Assembly (NCBI GenBank): GCA_963707635.1
Contig: OY970173.1
Span: 1,632,001 to 1,696,000, forward strand
Length of the DNA: 64,000 bases
Direction of reading: 5' to 3'
Source: Candidatus Latescibacterota bacterium
GTDB lineage: Bacteria; Krumholzibacteriota; Krumholzibacteriia; WVZY01; JAKEHA01
The notes below the pieces were generated by a model. It searched no databases, was not told the DNA's origin, and saw only the letters and a program-made list of their open reading frames with translations. The stretch's first letter is position 1, and each line of letters starts with the position of its first letter. The position numbers and the translations under genes are program-made. Below are positions 38,891-51,050 of this stretch, in pieces.

Positions 38891-40036
38891 ATGAAGCCAC
38901 TCTCGCTCTACATTCACGTTCCGTTCTGCACGCGGCGGTGCTCGTACTGCTCGTTCTACCACGTGCCGGCCGCGGAGGAACGTCAGCGAGCGTTTATCGA
39001 CGTGCTGGTGGATGAGATCGGCGCGGGGCTGGCCGCCGTCGGCGAGCCGGTGACGCTGCGCACGATTTTCGTGGGCGGCGGCACGCCGACGGTTCTCGAA
39101 CCGTCGCACTGGCGGCGGCTGGTGCGCGCGCTCGAACCCCACATCGCACCCGGCGCGGCGCCGGAGTTCACCGTGGAGATGAACCCGGAGGACGTGACCG
39201 GGGAACTGGTGGCCTTCCTGCGCGCCCAGGGCGTGAATCGCGCCAGTCTCGGCATCCAGTCCATGCACGCGGTGGGGCAGAAGGTGCTGAAGCGATGCGC
39301 CCCCGAGGTGAACGCGGGCGCGATCGAAATCGTGCGGCAAGCATTCGACAACGTGAGCTTCGACGTGTTGCTCGGCGTCCCGCGGACGACGATCGCGGAC
39401 CTGCGCAATACCGTTGGGACGCTGCTCGGGTTCGGTCCCGCGCACCTCTCGGTCTACGGGCTCGAGGCGGGCGGCGACATGTCCCACGAGGTAGAACGCT
39501 TCTTTCGAGCGGTTGACCCCGACCGGGTGGCTGATGAATACTTGTGGGTGTGTGAGGCGCTCCGGGCGCGGGGGTACGGCCACTACGAGGTCTCCAACTT
39601 CGCCCGGCCCGGTTTCGAGTCCGCCCACAACCGGGTGTACTGGGACGGCGGCGACTATCTGGGGGTTGGCCCGGCCGCCCATTCGTCCGTCGGCGGGCGG
39701 CGATTCTGGAACGCGCCCTCGCTGGACGCGTACCTCGAGCGGGTCCCCGGCGGGCACGTGGCGGCGCGACAGTTCGACGTGGAAGGCGACTACCGCGTCG
39801 AGCGCGCGATGCTCGCGCTGCGCACGGATCGCGGGTTGCCGCGATCGGAGTGCGCGTGCAGCGACGCGGTCCTGGGCGCGTTCGCCGCGGAGGAACTGGT
39901 GGTCGAAGCGCACGGACGCGTGTTCGCCACGGATCGCGGGTACTTGCTCTTGAACGACCTCGTCCTGCGCCTGACGGCGCCGGCGCGGGTGCACGGCGGA
40001 TACGCGACGACTCAACCATCGATGCCGACATGCTGA
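38891..40036 (+). CDS. hemW: Radical SAM heme chaperone HemW
   Basis: LYIHVPFC..RC.YC.F, GGGTP, YEVSNF, HN..YW; upstream of hrcA. Confidence 0.9.
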   Translation: MKPLSLYIHVPFCTRRCSYCSFYHVPAAEERQRAFIDVLVDEIGAGLAAVGEPVTLRTIFVGGGTPTVLEPSHWRRLVRALEPHIAPGAAPEFTVEMNPEDVTGELVAFLRAQGVNRASLGIQSMHAVGQKVLKRCAPEVNAGAIEIVRQAFDNVSFDVLLGVPRTTIADLRNTVGTLLGFGPAHLSVYGLEAGGDMSHEVERFFRAVDPDRVADEYLWVCEALRARGYGHYEVSNFARPGFESAHNRVYWDGGDYLGVGPAAHSSVGGRRFWNAPSLDAYLERVPGGHVAARQFDVEGDYRVERAMLALRTDRGLPRSECACSDAVLGAFAAEELVVEAHGRVFATDRGYLLLNDLVLRLTAPARVHGGYATTQPSMPTC

Positions 40037-41055
40037 TCGAACAGAACCGGGACATACTCCGCGTGATCATCGACGCATACGTGGGCGACCGCGTTCCCGT
40101 CAGTTCGCAGCGCGTGCGCGAGGCGGGTCATTTGCGCTTGAGCACGGCGACCATTCGCAACCGCATGGCCGTGCTCGAGCGCGACGGCTACATTTCCAAG
40201 CCGCACGTGTCGGCCGGTCGCGTTCCCACCGACGAGGGCTATCGCGCGCACGTCGACGAGCTGCAGGCGGAAGGCTCGCGGATCGGCGCGGGCGGACTGC
40301 CCGACGTCCGCGAGGGGTTGCGCGGCGAGTCGCTCGACGTCAACGCACTCATGCTGCAGGTGTCACAGCTGCTGGGGGCGATGTCCCGCAACGTGGCGGT
40401 GGTGTACGGCGCGATCGTGCAGGAGAGCCGGGTGCGCAGTCTCAAGCTCTTCCACGTGGAGGGTGAGCGCGTCCTCGTGGTCGCCAACCTGACGCCGGAG
40501 CACGAACGCACGCTGGCGCTGCGGCTCTCGCGCCCGGTTTCGGCCGAGGCTGTCGCGGCGGCGGAGGCGCTCGTGAACCGCATGGTGGCGGATCGCACGC
40601 TCGACGCCGCGCGGCGCACCCTGGCCGAATCGGTCCGCGACAACGTGACGGAGGAGGGCATCGTGACGCGCGAGATCGCGGCGCGCCGCGACGAAATTTT
40701 TTCCGAGCCGCCGGCCATCGAGCTCTGCTTCGAGGAGCGCAGCCGAGTCCTCGATCAGCCCGAGCTCTCGGACCCGCGGACGCTGCAGCTATTGCTCCGA
40801 ATCTTGCACGACCGCGAATACCTGACGTCGATTCTGGCCAGCCGCGCTCCCGACCGCACCGAGGTGACGATCGGCAGCGAGCACGGCGATGACGCGATGC
40901 GCCCCTTCAGCCTGGTCACCGCCGGCTACCGGATGGGTGCCGCGCGCGGCGTGCTCGGCATCATCGGGCCGACGCGCATGCGCTACGATCTGGCGCTGTC
41001 TCTGGTTCGATCGATGTCGCGTGAACTGTGCGCGATCGGCGACGAGTACTTCTAA
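40030..41055 (+). CDS. hrcA: Heat-inducible transcription repressor
   Basis: S.ATIRN.M..LE..GY..PH.SAGRVPTD.GYR, G.IGPTRM.Y. Confidence 0.95.
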   Translation: MLIEQNRDILRVIIDAYVGDRVPVSSQRVREAGHLRLSTATIRNRMAVLERDGYISKPHVSAGRVPTDEGYRAHVDELQAEGSRIGAGGLPDVREGLRGESLDVNALMLQVSQLLGAMSRNVAVVYGAIVQESRVRSLKLFHVEGERVLVVANLTPEHERTLALRLSRPVSAEAVAAAEALVNRMVADRTLDAARRTLAESVRDNVTEEGIVTREIAARRDEIFSEPPAIELCFEERSRVLDQPELSDPRTLQLLLRILHDREYLTSILASRAPDRTEVTIGSEHGDDAMRPFSLVTAGYRMGAARGVLGIIGPTRMRYDLALSLVRSMSRELCAIGDEYF

Positions 41056-41065
41056 GGGAGACTCC

Positions 41066-41857
41066 GTGGACAAGAAACACCGCATGCCGGCAGCCGAAGT
41101 CGACGCCGAGCGCCCGGACGACGACGCGAGCGACGCGAAGCCCGAACGGGTGTACGACCTCGACGACGCCGATCCGGCCGGCGACACCGTTCCCCCGGTT
41201 GCCGGGGAAGACGGCGCCGAAGCGGCGCCCGTTGCGGACGAGGTGGTCGAGCCCGCGCCGCCCGCGCGCGGGAAGCAGTCGGGAAAGTTCTCCCGCCGGG
41301 AGATCCTCGATCGCTTCCAGCAGAAGAACGTCGAGATCACGCGCCTGACCAAGGAGAAGGCCGTGCTCGAGAAAGAGAAGGCGGCGTTCGAGAAAGAACG
41401 GGCAACTCTTGCCGCCTCCAGGGCGACCCTCGAGACCCAGGCCGCCGAGTTCAAGGACAAGTGGCTACGCTCCGCAGCCGAGTTTGAAAACTACCGCAAG
41501 CGTTCCGCGAAGGAATGGGAATTGCTTAAACAGCAGTCGAAGACCGAAGTCATTCTGGAGGTTTTGAACTCGCTGGATGATTTCGAGCGGGCCTTTGCGG
41601 TGGCGGGGGACCAGGCTGAGAGCGAATTTGTCCGAGGTATTCGCCTCATCTACAACAACTTGCGCCAGGTCCTTCAGAAGTTCGGCGTCGAGGAAATCGA
41701 CGCACTCCACCAGCCCTTCGACCCGACCCGCCACATGGCGATCGGGCAGGTCGAGACCACCGAGGTCGCATCCGGCCACGTGGTCGAGGTCGCCGAAAAG
41801 GGTTACGCCAGTAACGGCAGCGTCATCCGGCCCGCCCGAGTCATCGTTGCAAAGTAG
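41066..41857 (+). CDS. grpE: Nucleotide exchange factor GrpE
   Basis: LR..AEFENYRKR, LDDFERA, FDP..H.A, KGY...VIRPARV.V. Confidence 0.93.
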   Translation: MDKKHRMPAAEVDAERPDDDASDAKPERVYDLDDADPAGDTVPPVAGEDGAEAAPVADEVVEPAPPARGKQSGKFSRREILDRFQQKNVEITRLTKEKAVLEKEKAAFEKERATLAASRATLETQAAEFKDKWLRSAAEFENYRKRSAKEWELLKQQSKTEVILEVLNSLDDFERAFAVAGDQAESEFVRGIRLIYNNLRQVLQKFGVEEIDALHQPFDPTRHMAIGQVETTEVASGHVVEVAEKGYASNGSVIRPARVIVAK

Positions 41858-41980
41858 CAACGGCGACCCGAATTCGAACCAATCGAGAGTTTTTTGCACG
41901 GCGCGCCGTGCGGGCGTCCGTTCTGCGGATGCCGCACCGGCGCGACCCGTGCGGGGTTGCAACCGATTGAAGGAGCCGAG

Positions 41981-43804
<1,824 letters not shown>

Positions 43805-43860
43805 TCGGCCGGCCGCGAATCGCCGCCGACCGGCGACGATACGAAGGACCGATACCCCTC

Positions 43861-43888
43861 AAGCGCCCGGGTGCCTGCCCGGGCGCTT
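43861..43888. terminator. Hairpin between dnaK and dnaJ
   Basis: AAGCGCCCGGG-TGCCTG-CCCGGGCGCTT. Confidence 0.5.
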
Positions 43889-43945
43889 CGCGTTACGGGC
43901 TTTTCGCTGGTCGCTGCGCTTGACGGTGGGCTATATTCCACGACG

Positions 43946-45076
43946 ATGAGCAAACGCGATTACTACCACGTGCTTGGCGTCGAACGCAGCGCTGGCAAGG
44001 ACGAGATCAAGAAGGCGTACCGCAAGCTGGCGTTCCAGCACCACCCCGACAAGAACCCGGGTAATAAGGACGCGGAGGAGAAGTTCAAGGAGGCGACCGA
44101 GGCCTACGAGGTCTTGAGCGACCCCGAGAAGCGGCGCGAGTACGACCAGTTCGGCCACGCCGGGCTCGGCCGCGGCGCAGGCGGGGCCAGTCCGTTCGGC
44201 GGCGCCGGCGGCCCCGGAGGCTTCGCCGGCTTCGACCTGTCCGACGCCCTTCGGGCATTCATGCGCGAGTTCGGCGGGTTCGGCGACTTCGAGGGCGGGT
44301 TCGGCGGTGGCGGCGGTGCGCGCGTGCGCAAGGGTCGTGACCTCCAGCTGCGGGTGAAGCTGACCCTCCCCGAGATCGCGAGCGGCGTGGAGAAACAACT
44401 CAAGGTCACCAAGCTCGTCCCCTGCGGGACCTGCAAGGGTAGCGGCGCGCGCGACGGATCCCGCGCGTCGACGTGCGAGGTGTGCCAGGGCACGGGTCAG
44501 ATCAAGCAGGTCCAGCGCACGATCCTCGGCCAGTTCATCAATGTCGTCGACTGCCACGCGTGCGGCGGGGAAGGCTCGGTCGTGAAGGACCCGTGTCGCG
44601 ACTGCGACGGCGAGGGTGTGGTGAAGGGCAGCGAAACGGTAACGGTCAGGATTCCCGCCGGAGTGGCCGGCGGCAACTACATCACCGTGCGCGGCGGCGG
44701 CGACGCGACCGGGCGGGGCGGGCGCAGCGGGGACCTGTTCGTCATCATCGACGAAGAAGAGAGCGGGCGCTTCGAACGTCACGGCAACGACGTGCTCATC
44801 GACCTGCCGCTGACCTATCCGCAGCTCGCGCTCGGCACCAAACTCGAGGTGCCCACGCTCGACGGCAAGGTGCTGCTGCGGGTTCCCGGCGGGACGCCCT
44901 CGCACAAGATCTTCCGCCTGAAGGGCAAGGGGATCCCGCGCCTCAATGGGTACGGACGCGGGGATCAGCTGGTCCGCGTGGTCGCCTGGGTTCCTGAAAA
45001 GCTCAACAAGAAGGAAGAAGAGCTCTTGAAGGAGCTCGACAAGTCGCTCTCCACGCGCGCGCCCAAGGTCGAGTGA
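43946..45076 (+). CDS. dnaJ: Chaperone DnaJ
   Basis: J domain with HPD, G/F region, four CxxCxGxG motifs. Confidence 0.97.
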   Translation: MSKRDYYHVLGVERSAGKDEIKKAYRKLAFQHHPDKNPGNKDAEEKFKEATEAYEVLSDPEKRREYDQFGHAGLGRGAGGASPFGGAGGPGGFAGFDLSDALRAFMREFGGFGDFEGGFGGGGGARVRKGRDLQLRVKLTLPEIASGVEKQLKVTKLVPCGTCKGSGARDGSRASTCEVCQGTGQIKQVQRTILGQFINVVDCHACGGEGSVVKDPCRDCDGEGVVKGSETVTVRIPAGVAGGNYITVRGGGDATGRGGRSGDLFVIIDEEESGRFERHGNDVLIDLPLTYPQLALGTKLEVPTLDGKVLLRVPGGTPSHKIFRLKGKGIPRLNGYGRGDQLVRVVAWVPEKLNKKEEELLKELDKSLSTRAPKVE

Positions 45077-45084
45077 GCCATGCC

Positions 45085-45152
45085 GCGGGTGGCGCCGAGG
45101 CGGGGCCCCCGCGAGGCGAAGCCCGCGGGGTGACGAGGCGACAGGACCCGCG
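45085..45152 (+). repeat. REP-like structured intergenic repeat, copy 1
   Basis: Near-identical to 62598-62664; nested stems GCGGGT/ACCCGC and CCCCGCG/CGCGGGG. Confidence 0.8.
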
Positions 45153-45165
45153 GCGTGAAGGTTCC

Positions 45166-45870
45166 ATGACCGCCCATCTCTTCTCGTTCTACGTGCCCGC
45201 CCTCGTCGAGTCCGACGCGACCATCGAGATCGGCGGCGACGAGCATCGCCACCTCGCGCGGGTGTTGCGCATGTCGCGCGGCGGGACCCTCCGTGTCACC
45301 AACGGGCGCGGGCTGATAGTCTCCGCCGCGATCGAGTCCATCGGGGCGTCGAAGACCCTCGCGCACGTCACCTCGGTCGACGAGCGTGATCCACCGCGGA
45401 CGCGCCTGGCGCTCGCGCTCGGCGCGATCCAGCGCGCCCACTTCGAGATCGCGGTGGCGCAGTGTGTCGAGGTGGGTGTCACGGAGGTCATTCCGGTGCT
45501 GGCCGAGAAGTGTCACGCGCGCGCGTGGTCGTCCGCGACCCGCACACGCGCGCAGCGGGTCGCGATCTCCGCGATGAAGCAAAGCAATCGTTCGTGGCTG
45601 CCGCCGATCCACGACGCCGTGACGGTCTCCGAGCTCGCGCGGTCCGCCCGCGGGTTCGCCCGCGCCGTACTCGCGGACGCAGCCGGCGGCGAGCTTCCCG
45701 GCGGGAGCGGGGAAGCCCTGGCGATCGTCGGCCCGGAAGGCGGGTTCACCGATTCGGAAATCGAGACGCTGGTGGCGGCGGGGGCCGCGCGCGCCGCGCT
45801 CGCGCGCCACCGGCTTCGCGCCGAGACCGCGGCGGTGGTGTTGGTGGCGGCGCTGGGGCGCGGAGTTTGA
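45166..45870 (+). CDS. rsmE: 16S rRNA m3U1498 methyltransferase
   Basis: H...VLR, A.KQS.R..LP, IVGPEGGF...E, LRAETA. Confidence 0.92.
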   Translation: MTAHLFSFYVPALVESDATIEIGGDEHRHLARVLRMSRGGTLRVTNGRGLIVSAAIESIGASKTLAHVTSVDERDPPRTRLALALGAIQRAHFEIAVAQCVEVGVTEVIPVLAEKCHARAWSSATRTRAQRVAISAMKQSNRSWLPPIHDAVTVSELARSARGFARAVLADAAGGELPGGSGEALAIVGPEGGFTDSEIETLVAAGAARAALARHRLRAETAAVVLVAALGRGV

Positions 45871-45916
45871 CACCGTGGGGTTCGTCTCATAGACTGCAAC
45901 AAGGGGTTTATCGCAC

Positions 45917-46357
45917 ATGATTCGTGATCAATTGACCGACGACATGAAAGCCGCGCTCAAAGCCGGCGACAAGCTGCGCTTGAGCGTGGTCCGCATGCTC
46001 ATCTCGGAGCTCAAGAACGAGCGCATCGCGCAGGGCAAGGACCTCGACGAGGCCTCGGAGCGCAAGGTGCTCACCGGTTACGCGAAGAAGCGCAAGGAAG
46101 CCATGGACGCCGCGCGCTCGGGCGGGCGCGAAGAGATTGCCGCCCGCGAGCAGCAGGAGCTGGATATTACGATGTCGTATCTTCCCCGGCAGCTCAACGA
46201 CGACGAACTGCGGACCATCGTCCGCCGCCACGTCGAATCGTCGGGGGCGCCGGGGGCGCAGGCGTTCGGGGCGGTCATGAAGGCGGTCATGACCGAAGTC
46301 GGCGGACAGGCCGACGGAAAGCTCGTTTCCGCGCTCGTGCGCGAGATCCTCGGGTAG
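45917..46357 (+). CDS. GatB/YqeY domain protein
   Basis: DMK.A.KAGDK.RL..VR, YLP.QL, G.VMK...G.ADGK. Confidence 0.9.
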   Translation: MIRDQLTDDMKAALKAGDKLRLSVVRMLISELKNERIAQGKDLDEASERKVLTGYAKKRKEAMDAARSGGREEIAAREQQELDITMSYLPRQLNDDELRTIVRRHVESSGAPGAQAFGAVMKAVMTEVGGQADGKLVSALVREILG

Positions 46358-46371
46358 CAGGGCGGGGCCCC

Positions 46372-46899
46372 ATGGACGGCGCGACCATCGCGAGCATCGT
46401 CACCCTGGGGGTCCTCGCCGTGGGCGCAATCGTGGGCGGCACCAAGGGATTCGCCCGCCAGGTGATCGAGCTCCTCGGTTTGCTGGTGTCTTTCTTCGTC
46501 GCAGCGGTGGTGGCGAGCTGGGTGGCCGCGTTTCTCTCCGATCACACGTCCATGCCGCACGCGGCCACGCTGGTGGTGGGGTTTGTCATCGTGTTCATCG
46601 GCGGGCTGGTCGCGTTTCATTTCGTGGCGCTCTCGGCGCAGCGCGTGATTCACACCACGCTGTTCGGTTGGGTGGATCGAGGGTGCGGCGCGGCGCTCGG
46701 ACTGGTGGCGGCGCTGCTGGTCGCGAGCGTTCTCGCCAACGTCCTCATCGAGCTGCCGATCTCGGCCGACCTGGAGCGGAGCCTGGAGGAGTCGTCGGTG
46801 GTCGCGTTCGTCCAGCCCATCGCCGGCTGGCTCTTTGATCTGGTGACGCCCCGCGATGGCGGCGCGTTCGCTGCCGCGCGCGCGGACCGTGTGTACTGA
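46372..46899 (+). CDS. CvpA family membrane protein
   Basis: G..KGF..Q, four TM segments, DR..GA.LG; next to mutS2. Confidence 0.8.
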   Translation: MDGATIASIVTLGVLAVGAIVGGTKGFARQVIELLGLLVSFFVAAVVASWVAAFLSDHTSMPHAATLVVGFVIVFIGGLVAFHFVALSAQRVIHTTLFGWVDRGCGAALGLVAALLVASVLANVLIELPISADLERSLEESSVVAFVQPIAGWLFDLVTPRDGGAFAAARADRVY

Positions 46900-46938
46900 T
46901 CGATGCGCCCCGCGGGGCTTCTTCCCGCCGCAATTCAC

Positions 46939-49296
46939 ATGACGATTCAAGAGACATCGCACGCCTTCGAGCACGCCGTGCGCGCGCTCGCGCTGGATGA
47001 CGCCCTCGCCCTCGTGGCGGCTCACTGCGTCAACGACGGGGCCAGGCGCGTGGTGGCGGCGTTGCGGCCGACGTCGGATGCCGCCGCCATCCGGGAATCG
47101 CTGGACGAGGTCGGCGAGTACCGGACGCTGCGCGAGCAGTCGGGCGACCTGGCGATTCCCGACACCGGATACCGCGCCGACGTCGAACGCATCGCGCGCG
47201 GCGAGCGCGGCAGCGGCGAGGCGCTGCGGAAGATCGCCGACGGCGAGCGCGCGATCGACACGCTGCGCCGCGGTCTCTCCGGCGGCGAAACCGCCTTCGC
47301 GCGCCTGCGCGCCATCGCCGCGTCCACCGTCGCCCACCCCGAGCTGGTTGCCGAAGCCGACCGCGCGCTCGAAGCCGACGGCACCGTCAAGGACGGGGCG
47401 TCGCCGGCGCTCAAAGCCATCCGGCGCGACATCCGCGCGGCGCGCGTGGGGCTGCGCGAGCGCGCCGAGAAGCTGGTCGGCGAACTCGGCGCCGATTCCC
47501 ACGCCACCGTGATGGGCACCCGCCACGTGCTGGTGGTCCCGCGCGGCAAGGTGAAGAAGGGCAGCGGCCTCGTGCACGGCGCCTCCCAGACCGGTGGATC
47601 ACTCTACGTGGAGCCGGTAGCACTGCTCGAATTGAACAACGCGCTCGAGACCCGCCTCGCCGACGAGACCGAGGAGGTCGCGCGCATCCTGGCGGCGCTC
47701 TCGGACCGGGTGCGACGCCACGCGGGCGAGATTCTCGCCAACGCGGATGCGATCGAGCGCCTGGACGGGATTCGCGCGCGCGCCGCGTTCGCGGAGCGAT
47801 TCGGCTGCGTGGCCCCCGACATCTCGGCCACCGGGAGGCTGCGCCTGGTCCGCGCCCGCCACCCGCTGCTCACCCTCGCGCTGGAGCGCGCGGGCACGCT
47901 CGATCGCCAGGTGCCGCTCGATCTCACGCTCGAGCCCGGGCGGCGGCTCCTGGTCATCACTGGTCCCAACGCCGGCGGCAAGACCGTGGCCATCAAGACC
48001 GTCGGGCTCGCGACGCTCCTCCTGCAGTGCGGCCTGCCGATTCCGTGCGCGCACGGCAGCGAGCTGCCGGTATTCGAGCAGGTGTTCGCGGACATCGGTG
48101 ACGAGCAGTCGCTGGAATCGTCGCTCTCGACCTTCACGTCGCACCTGCGCAACCTGGATGAGATGAGCCGGCGCGCCGACGCCCACACGCTCTGTTTGAT
48201 CGACGAAATCGGCGACGGCACCGACCCGGACGAAGGCTCCGCGATCGCCGTCGCCACCCTGGAGCGGATGCTCGCCTCGAAGGCCGCCGTGATCGCGAGC
48301 ACGCACTACGGGCGCATCAAGACCTTCGCGCTGGAAACCGACGGCGTGGCGAACGCGTCGATGGCCTTCGAGGACGAGGCGGCGCGGCCGCTCTATCGGC
48401 TGCTCGAAGGCATCGCGGGTCGCAGCCGCGGGATCGACACCGCGCGGCGCGTCGGGTTCGACCCGGCGGTGGTCGCGCGCGCCGAGCAGGTGGTGGGCAG
48501 CGAATCGTTTCGGCTGGAGTCCGCGCTCGCGCGCCTGGAGACCTCGTTCGTGGCACTCGAGGCAGAACGCGCCTCCCTGGCGGCGGAGCGCGCGGAACTC
48601 GATCGCCTGGTGGCGTCGAACCGCGAGAAGGAGCGGACGTTTTCGGTGACCAAGAAGGAGGCGAGCCGGCGCGCGCTGCGCGAGGCGGAAGAGTTGCTGG
48701 TCCAGACGCGGAGCGAGATCGAAAGCCTCGTGCGCTCGCTGCGCGAGCGCGGCGCCGATCGCGCCACGATCCGCGAGAGCCGCGCCCGCGTCGAGAAGAT
48801 GATCGCGGACGTGCGCGGCAAGTCCGCGCCGGAGTCCGCGGTGGCTCCGCTCGCGAGCGCGGCCGTCGGTGACCGCGTGTCGTTGAGCCCCACCGGCACG
48901 CCGTCGGGAATCGTGGTCGAGGTCGACCGCAAGGACGCGGTGGTGGAGCTCGGCGGCAAGCGCATACGTGCGCGCCTGGGCAAGCTCTACGCGGCTGCTG
49001 GCGAGGCGCCGGCGGCGCCGCGGGCGCCGATCCACGTCGAGTACGAACCGGTGGGTGCGATGGAGGTCAGCGTGCGCGGGCTCGACCGCGAGAGCGCGGT
49101 CGAGGAAGTGAGCCGGTTCGTCGACCGCGCGCTGCTCACCGGACTCCAGGAAGTGAAGATCGTGCACGGGCTGGGGGGAGGCATTCTCGGCCGCGCGGTG
49201 CGCGATTTCCTCTCGAAGGACCCGCGCGTCAAAGCGGTCCGCCCCGGCGACCCGATGGAGGGAGGCATGGGGGTGACGTTCGTCACCCTCCGCTGA
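46939..49296 (+). CDS. mutS2: Endonuclease MutS2
   Basis: ARHPLL, ITGPNAGGKT, DIGDEQS, STF..H, DE.G.GTDP, C-terminal Smr IVHG.G.G.L. Confidence 0.95.
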   Translation: MTIQETSHAFEHAVRALALDDALALVAAHCVNDGARRVVAALRPTSDAAAIRESLDEVGEYRTLREQSGDLAIPDTGYRADVERIARGERGSGEALRKIADGERAIDTLRRGLSGGETAFARLRAIAASTVAHPELVAEADRALEADGTVKDGASPALKAIRRDIRAARVGLRERAEKLVGELGADSHATVMGTRHVLVVPRGKVKKGSGLVHGASQTGGSLYVEPVALLELNNALETRLADETEEVARILAALSDRVRRHAGEILANADAIERLDGIRARAAFAERFGCVAPDISATGRLRLVRARHPLLTLALERAGTLDRQVPLDLTLEPGRRLLVITGPNAGGKTVAIKTVGLATLLLQCGLPIPCAHGSELPVFEQVFADIGDEQSLESSLSTFTSHLRNLDEMSRRADAHTLCLIDEIGDGTDPDEGSAIAVATLERMLASKAAVIASTHYGRIKTFALETDGVANASMAFEDEAARPLYRLLEGIAGRSRGIDTARRVGFDPAVVARAEQVVGSESFRLESALARLETSFVALEAERASLAAERAELDRLVASNREKERTFSVTKKEASRRALREAEELLVQTRSEIESLVRSLRERGADRATIRESRARVEKMIADVRGKSAPESAVAPLASAAVGDRVSLSPTGTPSGIVVEVDRKDAVVELGGKRIRARLGKLYAAAGEAPAAPRAPIHVEYEPVGAMEVSVRGLDRESAVEEVSRFVDRALLTGLQEVKIVHGLGGGILGRAVRDFLSKDPRVKAVRPGDPMEGGMGVTFVTLR

Positions 49297-49301
49297 CGGT
49301 C

Positions 49302-51050
49302 ATGCCCATTCCACAGCACGTCATCGAACAGGTTCGCGACCGCAACGACGTCGTCGAGGTCGTCGGGCAGTACGTCGACTTGAAGCGCGCGGGAACGAAC
49401 TACAAGGGCCTGTGCCCGTTCCACCAGGAGAAGAGCCCGAGCTTCACGGTGAGTCCCGAGAAGCAGATCTTCCACTGCTTCGGCTGCAACAAGGGCGGCA
49501 ACGTCTTCCAGTTCGTGATGGAGATGGACGGGGTGAGCTTCCCGGAAGCGGTGCGCGCGCTCGGCCGACGTGTCGGGATCGAAGTGGAGAGCCGCCCGGG
49601 CGCGGAAGACGCGTCGGAGAACGAGGCGCTCTTCGAAGCGAACTCCTTCGCGGGGCGCTTCTACCACGCCGAGCTCACCCGCTCGCCCGCGGCCGAGAAG
49701 GCGCGCCGCTATCTCGAGGGCCGGGCGATCCCGAGGGAGGCCTGGACCCACTTCGGACTGGGCTACGCGCCGGCCACCGGGGAAGCCCTGTGGGCAGCGG
49801 CGCAGGCGAAGTCGATCTCCCGCGACGTGCTGACCCGGTTGCGCCTGGTCGTTCCGAGGGAGGGCGGACGCGGTTACTTCGACTACTTCCGGGACCGGGT
49901 CATCTTCCCGATCATTCAGCCCGGGAGCCGGGTGGTCGGCTTCGGCGCGCGGACCCTCGGGGACGCGGACCCCAAATACCTCAATTCTGCCGAGAGCGCG
50001 CTGTTTCAGAAGCGGCGGACGTTCTACGGACTCGACCGCGCCCGCGACCCCATTCGGACCCACCGCCACGCCGTCATCGTCGAGGGCTACACCGACCTGA
50101 TCCGGCTCCACCTGGTGGGCGTCACGAACACCATCGCGACCTGTGGAACCGCGCTCACCCCGGAGCACGCGACCCGGCTGCGGCGTATCACGCGACGGGT
50201 CGTCCTGGTGCCCGACGGCGACGCCGCCGGGCAGAACGCGGCGGTCGCATCCGGGGCACTCCTGATGGCGGCAGGGGTAGAAGTTGGGGTGGTACCGCTG
50301 CCAGCGGGACAGGATCCAGATTCGGCGGGTAAATCGAGTTCTCCACAAGAGTTTCAAGAACTTCTTTCGCGGCCGTTGGAATATTTCAAATTCCTTGACT
50401 ATACTATCCAACACCGAAACCTGACGGCGCGGGAGCGCGAAGACCTGATTCGACGGGTGGTTGGCGGGATCGGCGAGTCGGACGACCCTCTGCGGGGGGA
50501 TGTACTGATTGGGGAGCTGGCTCGCGTGGTACGAGTGGATCCCGCCGGGCTGAGGCGGTTGCTTCGACCGGGTGCGTCCGACGGGGCGGGAAGCGTAAGG
50601 GGTGATGCCGGGGCAGGCCGGGTCGGCGGCAACAGGCGGTCGCTCGAACGGCTCGTGCTGCGGCTGGTCATGGAGGGCACCCCGTCGGCGCTGGACGCCC
50701 TGGAGTCGCTGGATGTGGAGGATTTCTCGGAGGAGCCTAACCGCAAGTTATATAAACTGCTTGACTCGGTGCGGGAGGCCCATATTGATTTGAGGGGTCG
50801 CGACTTCCAACGTCGCGCCGAAGAAGCCGGGCTGGAGGGGTTTGCCGCTGAAACTTCCCTTTTATCCGTCCCACCCGGGAATGTCGATACACTTCTGAAA
50901 GACGCCGTTCGCAGGTTGAAGAAGCTCCGTATTCGCGACGAGTTGGCGTTGCTCCGTGAGCGACTCTTGAATCTGCCGTCGGAGAGCGACGAAGCCGTAG
51001 CCGTCGCGGAGTATTACCATCGGTTGCGCCAGGCGCTGGCCGAACTATGA
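49302..51050 (+). CDS. dnaG: DNA primase
   Basis: GLCPFH.EKSPSF, FHCFGC, KYLNS.E, VEGY.D, DGD.AG, DPD. Confidence 0.97.
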   Translation: MPIPQHVIEQVRDRNDVVEVVGQYVDLKRAGTNYKGLCPFHQEKSPSFTVSPEKQIFHCFGCNKGGNVFQFVMEMDGVSFPEAVRALGRRVGIEVESRPGAEDASENEALFEANSFAGRFYHAELTRSPAAEKARRYLEGRAIPREAWTHFGLGYAPATGEALWAAAQAKSISRDVLTRLRLVVPREGGRGYFDYFRDRVIFPIIQPGSRVVGFGARTLGDADPKYLNSAESALFQKRRTFYGLDRARDPIRTHRHAVIVEGYTDLIRLHLVGVTNTIATCGTALTPEHATRLRRITRRVVLVPDGDAAGQNAAVASGALLMAAGVEVGVVPLPAGQDPDSAGKSSSPQEFQELLSRPLEYFKFLDYTIQHRNLTAREREDLIRRVVGGIGESDDPLRGDVLIGELARVVRVDPAGLRRLLRPGASDGAGSVRGDAGAGRVGGNRRSLERLVLRLVMEGTPSALDALESLDVEDFSEEPNRKLYKLLDSVREAHIDLRGRDFQRRAEEAGLEGFAAETSLLSVPPGNVDTLLKDAVRRLKKLRIRDELALLRERLLNLPSESDEAVAVAEYYHRLRQALAEL